64,000 nt of DNA from Catajapyx aquilonaris (taxonomy: Eukaryota): contig KZ538019.1 in assembly GCA_000934665.2 (NCBI GenBank), positions 124,001-188,000 on the forward strand. The letters run 5' to 3'. Positions 54,357-64,000 of the stretch are shown piece after piece. The notes under the pieces were generated by a model. That model was given only the letters and a program-made list of their open reading frames with translations, ran no database searches and was not told the DNA's origin. The position numbers and the translations under genes are program-made. Each line of letters opens with the position of its first letter. Positions within the stretch are counted from its first letter, which is position 1.

Positions 54357-55241
54357 TATTATCGCAGAAACCTCCCATAAGAAAAGCATGTGAAAATGTC
54401 CGGAATAATGCTGTGTTGATAGTACTTCCTGTCAAAGGCATGACATGACAACTCCTAATATTTCTGAGAGGCTATCATAATTTTCAATTGATCGTTGTGA
54501 TTTTGTTTATGGAACATGATTTCCCTGCTCTGGATATGTGATAGGAGACATGGCAAAGCATACAATGAAATGGTAATAATTTTTCCCTGGGTCGTAAATA
54601 AAAAGCGCAAAATCAGACATTCGTGTTTCCTGGTGTTCTGAAATAGGTCGCCTGGTTTGGATAATGGCCTACTGGCTTAATGCAGTATGATTTACTGCGA
54701 TCTGTACATACGAACGGGCTCCCAAGGCTCCCCTTAGGGGTCGTCCATAAACCACGTGACCGATTTTCGGGCACTTTTTGACCCCTCCCCCCCAGTGACC
54801 CAAAATTCAAAATTTCCCACATACAGTCCTTAAATTGCACATTTTAATGCCGACTATTTCAAACATTTATAATGTATGTTTAATGGTTAAGGGTCATCTG
54901 GTTCTGAGGCCTCTTTTCCCTCCTTTTGGCAAGAACTGCAGTAGACGTAGGGTATTTAACAGACTTCGGAGGGTTCTGATGAGACCAACAATACTGTACT
55001 GTATTTATCGATAGACCCCGCCACAAGGCACCACGAAAGGAAGAAAAAAAATAGCATTAGTTTATGGTCGTGTGTTTGGACTCAAAAGGATTAAAGTGTC
55101 GTGTTTATGTTCAGATTGTGTTGTTGTTGTCATATTTTTCAGTTTTTGAATTTAAAAATTTGATAATGTTATTTTCAAATTGGCGTTAACGTAAAACGGC
55201 GTAAAATTGTGTAAAACGGGTACCTACTGTATTTGATAATT

Positions 55242-55827
55242 GGACGGTGTTATGCAATAATGGGTCAACCCACATGAGAGCAGTTTTGAGAAAAAGGGCC
55301 TTGAAGATCGTACAGTCTGTGAAATTAATTCAGTGTTCTTTTCGGTCATTTGTGGCAGAAGTATGCAGATTCCACCAGCGTGATTTTAACTGAATGAAGT
55401 AGGATCCTGCACATGTAGGGGGTGCGAGCAAGGTGCACCTTTGGACTTAATCTAACCAAGAGCTAATAACTGGTCTAACTATGAACTTAATCACCCCTGG
55501 TATAGGGGGTGCGACAAGGACCAATACACATATTGTCTACAAATGGGTGCAGAGGCCCGAAAAGATTAAGAATCTCTGCTTTAGGTATATGTTCCTGGGC
55601 TTGGCTCAATTTTGACATTTTCGTGGGTTGACAAATCATTGCATAACACTGTCCATGCACACCATTCATGAGTTAACTTTTCGGTCATTTGTGGCAGAAG
55701 TATGCAGATTTCGCCACCTTGCTTTTAACTGAATGAAGTACCGGTACTATCCTTTGGGTGTATGTTCCTGGGCATAACTCAATTTTGACATTTTTGTGGA
55801 TTGACCCATTATTTCATAACACTGTCC
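55242..55827. mobile_element. Non-autonomous TIR element with AATT TSD (Sola-like)
   Basis: TIR GGACGGTGTTATGCAATAATGGGTCAACCCAC versus GTGGATTGACCCATTATTTCATAACACTGTCC, with AATT on both sides. Internal direct repeats at 55339/55678 and 55584/55757, plus an internal TIR copy at ~55623-55655. Confidence 0.82.
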
Positions 55828-56390
55828 AATTATCCCTCCACTTTCAATCATTTCTGTGTACGTTGACTGACATCAAGTTCAATATAATATGTACCAGACT
55901 CTACACATGGGTTTGCTGCTATAAATTGAAGGGGTCGGTGCAATACTGCCCTAACCCACCAAATGACACAAATTGAGTTTCGCGCACTTCCATACACTAC
56001 ACTCAAATATCTGATAAAGTACACTGAGATTGTCCAGTTTCTGCCATCTGTAGGTGAGAAATCAAACTATGTTATGCTTGCTGCAAGGTTATGAGTGCCT
56101 TTTCTGCAGCAATACCGCCCTATCCCTCCATCTTGAAATATGACAGCGCGTAGGTTGCAGGTGCGGGCATCTGCGTCTCACGACGAGTCAGGCTTAATTA
56201 GTGACTCGGATGACCCAGATGTGGGTGAGAGTTCCGAGGATCCCGATTTCAATCCTGATGATGATGATGATGATGATGAAGTGCAAAGCAGCAGTGCAGA
56301 GCAGGCAACAATTGCAGCAAAATAATAATACTCTATTAGTGGAGTAATTCCATGCCAAGACGGACAAGTTGGTGGCTAGACCATCTCAGA

Positions 56391-57388
56391 TTTTGATATA
56401 AAAAATTATGTGCGTACACACACATGAATTGTTGTCAAAAACAAAATTGGATCCTCTCAGGTGAAAATCTCACGGAGATATGGCAACGTCTTTCAGAAAC
56501 AATGGAGCCGGAAGAACCATTTATTTCAGGTGGAGTTATTGTTTCACCCCCATGTTCATATATATCAAAGGAGCCGACGTGAGATGAGGAACATTTTGGT
56601 GACAATAGTTTTAAGCTTTTAACCTAACACGTAAAATAACAATTTGAAAAAAAATCGCATTATTGTGCAAAACGGTCAGATTTCATATGGTCCTATGTCA
56701 TTATTAAACACATGCTAAGCCTGTGGAATTAATATGGTAGGTACATTATCTTCTGATCATTACTACTGTAGACACACATCACAGATCAAGCAGTCTTGGA
56801 GATAATAAATCTTAAAGTGTCTGTTTTCCCCTAATTTGGTCATTTTTGGGGTCATTTTGGTCAATGTGGGGCTGGGTCGATTTTTACTGTAAAAATCGAC
56901 CCAGCCACACATTGACCAAAATGACCCCAAAAATGACCAAATTAAGGGAAAACGGACATTTCAGGATTTATTATCTCCAAGACGGCTTGACCTGTGATGT
57001 TTTCCTCTGCAGTAGTAATTATCAGATGACAATGTACCTACCTTATTAATTCCACATGCTGAGCATGTGTTTAATAATGACAGTAGACCATATTATGAAA
57101 CCTGACCGTTTTGCACAATAATGCGAATTTTTAGCATTTTTATTTTACATGTTAGGTTAAAACTATTGTCACCAAAATGTTCCTCATCTCACGTCGGGAA
57201 CCGACGTTTGATATATATGAACATGGGGGTGAAACAATAACTCCACCTGAAATAAATGGTTCTTCCGGCTCCATTGTTGCCGAAAGACGTTGCCATATCT
57301 CCGTGGGATTTTCACATGAGAGGCTCTAATTTTGTTTTGGCAACAATAAATTCATGGGTGTGTACGCACATGATTTTTTATATCAAAA
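56391..57388. repeat. ~1 kb near-perfect palindrome (foldback element), centre 56888
   Basis: Arms 56391-56887 and 56889-57388 are reverse complements with scattered mismatches and small indels. Centre GGGTCGATTTTTAC-T-GTAAAAATCGACCC. Confidence 0.95.
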
Positions 57389-57389
57389 C

Positions 57390-57638
57390 TTGGTGGCGTT
57401 TGCGAGGCGGGGCGGGGGCATAATTATGTCGTAAAGGGCGGGGAGCAAGCGTGTCGCAGGCGGAATTTTTTTGTGGGTTCAAGGTCACACGAGCTTAGGT
57501 GAATGTGAGAGATTTGAATGGGTGTGTACAGTATTTGATGATCCTAATTTGCAGATTAAAATTTAGAAAATATTTCACTTCCTACGGTTGGGGGGGGGGG
57601 NGGGGGGAGGGTCGTGACCCCCCTTGGATCCGCCCCTG
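57390..57638. mobile_element. hAT-like MITE fragment
   Basis: Ends GGATCCGCCCCTG, the reverse complement of a CAGGGGCGGATCC hAT-type terminus. No partner end found; contains an N at 57601. Confidence 0.45.
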
Positions 57639-58487
57639 TCAACATATGCTGAACGAACTGGAAAAACCAGGAATAGGGAGTAGGAAACTAACTAGTGAAG
57701 CTTGTGATACTTTCTTGACCACAATTTAGTTCGCATTACATTTTGGTGCAATACTGCCCTAAGCCATTTTTTCACACGCGGCCACCATATTTTGTTCATT
57801 CTGAGAGTGGGTGGTCCATCATCATCATCATAATAGCACATATATGTTCCTTATTAGTGCCTTGTATATTGGGGTAGAAATGAAAATTGTCACATGGAAA
57901 AGGTGATTTATGGGTCATCTCAAACTTTCAAATGCGTTTTTCTCAAAATCTGGTTTGGGAGGGTTAGGGCGGTATTGCACCGACCCCTTCAATTAATTAA
58001 TTAATGACATGTTTTTGATAATCTACGTATGTAAGGCAAAGTTTCTTTGATGTTTTGTTTGCCCATGGCAACAGCATTTTGTTGGTGATTACCATGGAAA
58101 CAAGCTGTGTGAAGAACGGGCTCTTCTGCTAGTCATTCTATTAAATAAAACAGTATCATTAGAAACATTTTAAAAATTTGCCAGAAATTTAGTTTTTCTT
58201 TATTTTCTGGAAAGTAACAAAATTGCACTTATCCTGTTTGCATCAAACCCTTCAATTGAGGATGAGGACGCAGGGCACTGCATGACTAACTGATGCACAC
58301 CTGCAACTGCACCTGCTGAACATTACCTGGTTCCTAATTCATCTGCATACTTTATCTTCCTGATTGCAGATGCCTGCTTTGCATTTCATTTCCAATAATA
58401 AACCCATCCCACTGCAAGCTATTGCACATGTCATGCTTCTGACCCCATAACTGAAACCAGAATCACTGGTAGGAGGCTTGTTGGAAC

Positions 58488-58598
58488 CAGGGATGGAAAA
58501 AGTACCGCTTCCTTCCAAGAAGCGCTTCTTTTTTCCATGTGCAGGGATAGAAAAAGAACCGCTTACCGCCCAAAGAAGCGGTTCTTTTTCCATCCCTG
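58488..58598. mobile_element. 111-bp hAT MITE
   Basis: TIR CAGGGATGGAAAAAG..CTTTTTCCATCCCTG with a perfect 8-bp TSD GTTGGAAC (58480-58487 and 58599-58606). Confidence 0.9.
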
Positions 58599-58883
58599 GT
58601 TGGAACACAAACTTATGAACTATGCAGAAGCAACAAATGTGGACCAAGTTAAATTGATGCAGCGGTGTATATGTGATCCATAAGGCATAAAACTATTGCT
58701 GTTAATGTGCGAGGACAAATATGAGTCACCTTTCTGTGCTGTAATGACAAAATTTGTACTGAAGTTATTTTTCATAGGAGCTGAATATTTCTTCAAAATG
58801 TGTAACATTTACCTAATTCACAAGATTTTATCATGTTGTGTCAGGCAAGCAATTATGTTATTTTCTGGTTTTTGCCACATTAG

Positions 58884-59573
58884 GCACTTGATGAAATCCA
58901 GGCTGGGTTGGACTGTTTACCACATAAGGAAACAGAAGAAGAGCGCGAGTCAGGCAGCATCAGCAGTTTCACCTCTGACCTCCTCATCACTATGAAGGCA
59001 ATGGGAAACAGATACAACAGGTTGAAACAGGAGCTGGACTCAGAGCGAAAGACCAGGCAAGCTCTGGAAAGCAAACTCCATCGTCAAGGGCAAGCTCTGG
59101 TTGATTTAGCTCATGAGGTACAAAAGTTGCAGGCGAGTCAAATTAACTTGATGAAGAAAGTGTCGACTGTGAGGATTGGGCAGAACTCCTCTTGCACTTT
59201 GTCAAGTGATGAAGAGTCACCTGTGATGCCTAGTAGGAAAGATGGTGGGAAGCCAAAGGGAAATTTGCCTGTGAATCGTGGCAGTGAGCAGAAATATGAA
59301 GAGCAAATGGGTCTGACTTCTATGAAGTACAAGCGTGATTTCCCCATATTCAAGCCAGATTCACCCCAGGATATTCCAGATATGAAGCCCAATGATGCAT
59401 CCCTCAGCATGGCAAGTGATTTCACAGAGGGAACAGAGTATGCCGAACTGGCAGAAGGCCATAGTGACTCCAGGTTGAGGGTCGTTGTTGACACTGACGA
59501 CGGAACTGATCCCAGCAAAGTGGTTATACTACTGGCTCCGCCCAGACGTTGGAAAGGTGGACTTACAGATTGA
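58884..59573 (+). CDS. SPICE1: SPICE1-like terminal exon with coiled coil, ALDEIQAG...SSFTSDLL...ERKTRQALESKL...stop
   Basis: Polypyrimidine tract and ttAG acceptor at 58883; 229 codons to TGA. SSFTSDLLITM..LKQELDSERKTRQALESKL..LVDLAHEVQKL resembles the recalled SPICE1 segment LTGFTLSLVSSL..IQLRKEVETRQQLEQVL..IDALTAEILRL. Confidence 0.82.
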   Translation, partial: ALDEIQAGLDCLPHKETEEERESGSISSFTSDLLITMKAMGNRYNRLKQELDSERKTRQALESKLHRQGQALVDLAHEVQKLQASQINLMKKVSTVRIGQNSSCTLSSDEESPVMPSRKDGGKPKGNLPVNRGSEQKYEEQMGLTSMKYKRDFPIFKPDSPQDIPDMKPNDASLSMASDFTEGTEYAELAEGHSDSRLRVVVDTDDGTDPSKVVILLAPPRRWKGGLTD

Positions 59574-59629
59574 TTTACCAGATGTATTTTACATTTATTT
59601 ACACTATTAAAGGATTATACGGTTATGAC

Positions 59630-59635
59630 AATAAA
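59630..59635 (+). promoter_or_regulatory. Candidate polyadenylation signal AATAAA of the SPICE1-like gene
   Basis: AATAAA ~57 nt after the stop codon, in AT-rich sequence. Confidence 0.5.
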
Positions 59636-62600
59636 AGTTTTACCATTATTATGGGTAATTTTTTGTGCCAGTGATGGCTACTTTCTCTCAGCAACATGAT
59701 TGGAGTGTTTTAAAAGTGTCTGCAGTGAAAAAGTCGTTACAGTGAAGGAACCTATTAAGTGTGGCAGTACTTTAACTTCCATCATGACTCATAATGGCCC
59801 TTTGAATGACCCAGGTAATTACAAGCTTTGAAACTTTTTCACCAAAGTGCATACTTTGGCATGTAGTGACATTAAACTTACCCTTGGGTGAAGGCTAAGC
59901 AGTAATATCCACAAGCTTTTTTTGTTAGAATAAATTTTACAATACTAGCATGGTGAAGGTAGCATTAATTCAAGGCCTGCGATATATTCAGATTCATTAC
60001 GTGCTATTATGGACAGCAAATTAGGTAGTAGTCATATAAGACCACGTAATATGCTGAAGTACCTTATGAAGAGAATATAATACTGCATGTGGCGAAATAG
60101 CCTTGGTCCTTATGAGCAGAAGTTGAATGGATCATTATGAAGCACTGCTGATTTTAATTAAGCAACAGTGCGAGCTAAATGGAGTGGAATTCTGTGGCTT
60201 CTTTCAGCATTACATGCACACAGATTCAATGCTGACCGCCTGTATTCCTGCATTCTTCGTGTCATGCGGTCAGATTTATATTCAATGCCATCAACTTTGA
60301 TCAAATAAAGTTTATGCAGTCATTATAATTAAGGAGAATGGAAGCGGGATATAAATAGCAATTTCGCATGCCATTTAAAAACTTTTTATTACACAACTCT
60401 CATAGAAGTTTAATTAGTGGAAACTCTAGTTGGAATTCATTCCACTGCTGACTTTTTGTGAAGGAATCCTACATAGTTTAAAGTTATCCTGCACAAATCT
60501 CTGGTGCAGCAAAATGTCCCACGCTTTTTTTCTCTCCAAAAAAGAACCGGCTCATTAAAAACTCTTATTGTGCTTTATTCAAGGATAACAGAGCACTGTT
60601 CTCCATGAGAACTTGTCAGACACAACCAGCTAAAGAAGCTGCCTGTCTGAAGGGGGTCCTATACCTTGTTGTCACTCCTAATATATTCACATTTCACGGA
60701 TGCATTGTCTGGAAAAGCATCAGCAGCCGGCAGAATCGCGCAGTCATCCCAACCAATAATAATTGCCGGCCCATAAATTCCTGTCGACATCAGCCGCAGG
60801 CCCTTTTCAATGAGCCGTATAACTAATTGCCAAAACGCTACTTGGAATAACAGACGGGGAAGCACAACGAGCCCTTCATATCGATCTACGATGCAATAAT
60901 TAAGTGAAGAAGTCTCAGTAAATTCACTTGCCTCTTTAGGAAAAAAGCCGTATCTGCAGCATGGGACAGGGGCGACATCGGTGGCGTACTTAGGGAACTA
61001 CCAATTTTGTAGGAGCTGTCAGTGTCATTTTTGAACACACTGATTGCAGATGCGGTTTTTTTGCAAAGCGGACTAGAATTGTATGGCTTCTATGGTCGTA
61101 AAATGACGAATTTCGCGAATTTCTGGCAACCCAGCTACAGGGTTGTAATTTCACCGCACGCACTTAGAGCGAAATCCCTGCTACTAAATCAATATGATGT
61201 CCGCTTTACTGAGGGGGCCTGTGTCTCGGTGTTAATTTCCAACATAGCTTCAGCACTGGAACTTGGCATGGAATTCGCATACTCCAGGCTTCCAAGAGCA
61301 TTCCGGATTTTGCACTTCTCGTTTGGCGAATATTCCCCCTCCCGTGCTCGAATCTCTCCCTTTGCCGACTGCGGTTATCCGATTTTCCGGTTATCAGGAA
61401 CTGGTTCTTAATCTGCCATTTCCGGGGGAATTTAATTGCGCTTCCCATCCGTTTGCGAAGGGCCAACATCATTGTTGATGATGAAGCTATTCTCATCAAT
61501 TAATTTGATTATCTATTAGGGGCTGGAGAGAGTAATTTTGTTGCATTTTTGTTTGTAAATTAAAATGGACTCGACTGTACACCGTGCAAGTTAAATCGGA
61601 CGGTTTCGAGCTAAAAATGGGAATGAGTCAGTCGGTTTTAAATAGTGCAGAATCTATGCATTGATGGTGCGGGAACTATTGGCAAATAATTGATTCAGTT
61701 TGCCGGCACTCCACTCCAACTATCGGCCGCAAACTACTCTGCAGGACATGAATTAATACAAAGTTCTATAGCGCGACATGCAGTTTATACACTCAAATTT
61801 TGATCGCACTTGAAAATCGCCTCTTGATGTACACAGCGCAGAGTCGCACATTAATGTTTAACGTAATTTGCATTTGCAGGTAGCACATTTCTGGCAAAAG
61901 CAAGTACTCCATTATTTAGATATTATGACCATGGCGAAATTTCTGCATAATTGTAACAAAACTACAGGCTGGCATCAAAAATTATGTTCTCAATTCCAGG
62001 AAGTACATGTTTGCAATTTATTAATTGTGCAAATTGTGCGACAATACAGGGTATTATGAAATAGAACTTTGTCGTGTCTTCGGTTTTTTCTTTACGCCAA
62101 TCATTAGTCTTGTTTACGACTCAGCCTTAACTTTTCACCTCCTAAAAAGTTGATCCTGGCCCAACAGCAGTTCTTGGTGCCTTCCATTTCGGAGATTCGC
62201 AAACTCCAGGGATCGTTCACGTCTGATGAGCAGTTCCACAGGAAGTAAAGTCGGATTAATTGCAGTGTAAGTAGGTCTTGTAAATGCCCAACTGGGGAGA
62301 GAAGAAAAAGTCTTTTGCTACTTGCCTTCGATAGAACCAAGTCGGTGCTGCTGGGGGAGGCTATCGACCCGACGACCCCCAGAGTTCGTCGTCGTTTCTT
62401 CGAATGGGTCTTAACCGCCGCTAGAAATCCTCCCCGATTTCTTTTCATGTCTTTAATGCCAGGGCTTGGTAAACTACTCGATGGATGACTCGTGACAGAT
62501 AAAGAAAAAAAAAAGGATATGGCAAAGCACTTTGCTAAGTAACTTGCATTTATAGCATGGCTTCTATAGCCCCATTTACAGTCAAAAACATTATAGTTGA

Positions 62601-62968
62601 AATAACCAAAATAGGGTTTCATTCCCTGAATCCGTAGCCAAAATTAGGCAAAACCTATACGTACAGTGACAATCAAACTGACCCGCCGATTTACCACTTA
62701 GCAGCGTACTATTTTTCACGCAGAGATGGCGCATACTCCATCTGCACACTCCTGCCACCCTCAGGTCGTGCGAAAGATAGTGAATGATACTATCAGGTCG
62801 GACAAACATCAGACTGAAAGAATAATAGCATATTAGGAGAAATATGTTGGCTTGATTAGTGCAACCCTTTGTTTTTTCCAGTGTATATGTTGTATATGGG
62901 GCTAAATTGTTTTAGCCACTTTATCCTGGTCTTGAAGCAACCCTTCGCACAGGCTTCACGTTGAGCGG

Positions 62969-63305
62969 GTGTGTGTGGGTGGTCTTGTCTTCAATAAGGT
63001 CTGGGGACGGAAACAGGTGTGTTACTGTAACTCTGGGGACGTTGACCCAATTGTGGGGACATTTTGGTCCCCACAGCTTGACCCACGAGAATATCACCGT
63101 TACAGTGGGGACATGTCCCCACTATTTCGTTTTGCAGGGTTTCACAAAAGTCCATTTCTCTCAGCCTAGGTTAGTTAGGGTAGGTTAGGTTAGGTTAGGT
63201 TAGGTTACGTTAGGTTACGTTAGGTTACACTCGCTACGAAAAGTTCAGTTTCCACGTCCCCACACCCTAGTGAAGTGATTCGAGCTGGGTGTGTGTGTGT
63301 GTGTG
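62969..63305. mobile_element. Non-autonomous DNA element with TGGGGAC inverted motifs and an internal (TTAGG)n tract
   Basis: TGGGGACGGAAAC (63002) versus GTTTCCACGTCCCCA (63248); perfect 20-bp palindrome at 63104-63123; TTAGG tract 63167-63227; GT tracts on both sides. Confidence 0.6.
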
Positions 63306-64000
63306 AAGGGTTGCTTCAAGACCAGGATAAAGTTGCCCAAACAATTTGAGCCCCATAGGAGCAACCTGCCGGATGCATTTGTGCGTGTTCAAATTGATTC
63401 GTGTACTAACCGCCTAATTTATTATGGAGTTACGTGCATGGTATCGGGGGGCTATAGAACGCACCTTCTAATTAATTTCTAGTTTCTTGGCCCGGTGCAC
63501 GCACGCATAAACTTTTGCTATATCTATATAGGTCTGCACGGTATAACCTGTGGGGCTTTGGCTAGAAAGTCACAAGCGGGCGTTTAATAGTCTATAAAAA
63601 AAATTTCATGGTTGCTTATACGAGGCCTTGTGAAAGGGAAGCAGTGCATACAGGGGGCTATATATACTCCTTTATCAAATTATCAGACTACATATTCCTC
63701 ATTCTCGACAAAGCGACTATCATCTGCTGTGTGTAGTCATATCGCTGTTGTGCATACAGTAAGTGCCGGGTGTTGCGCATATATGATTATAAATGAATAT
63801 GCCGATATTTCAGCTTCCTGCAGGTGTAGCATTCGAGTCGAAACTCTGTGTGTTGATAATATGGAAACTGCAGCGCTGCTCTAGTTGCAAATGTATTCCC
63901 AATGCGTGCTGCAAAATGTCAAATGTGCGACGTCGTCTTGTCAGCTCCCGTCCCTCTGATTTGCTTCTACATGGCTTTCGAGCTGTGACACTAGCGGCTG

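Larger units (their letters stand above)
55928..57990. mobile_element. TIR element with AATT TSD (Sola-like) hosting nested insertions
   Basis: TIR GAAGGGGTCGGTGCAATACTGCCCTAACC versus GGTTAGGGCGGTATTGCACCGACCCCTTC, AATT TSD, internal TIR copy near 57745. Acidic ORF fragment (SDSDDPD..DPDFNPDDDD) at 56140-56325. Confidence 0.85.

Noticed and set aside
62104..62622. 172-aa minus-strand ORF
   Set aside because: No recognisable domain or partner exons.
63167..63227. True telomere
   Set aside because: Short, degenerate and internal, with unique sequence continuing beyond it.
1..64000. CRISPR arrays, operons, rRNA or intact tRNA genes
   Set aside because: None seen; no repeat-spacer periodicity, and the sequence is intron-rich eukaryotic DNA.

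Overview
Eukaryotic animal genomic DNA, mostly intronic, with no prokaryotic features. It is probably from an arthropod, judging by the TTAGG tracts, an insect-type tRNA SINE and mariner relics. Two spliced genes can be built from the sequence. (1) Minus strand: the first two coding exons (38319-37957 and 3956-3866) of a class A aminergic GPCR whose TM1-ICL1-TM2 most resembles histamine H1 receptors. They are separated by a ~34 kb intron, and the rest of the gene lies left of the window. (2) Plus strand, divergent: a five-exon, ~468 aa gene (50228-59573) resembling the centriole protein SPICE1. Its introns are packed with DNA-transposon relics (mariner-derived foldbacks, AATT-flanked Sola-like elements, a hAT MITE) and a ~1 kb near-perfect palindrome with a 1-nt loop. 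The GPCR intron holds a tRNA-derived SINE, an internally deleted Tc1/mariner element and small MITEs. Family assignments rest on recalled motif similarity, not database searches. I found no clear novel multi-gene system; the best leads are the H1-like GPCR, the SPICE1-like gene and the intronic hairpins.
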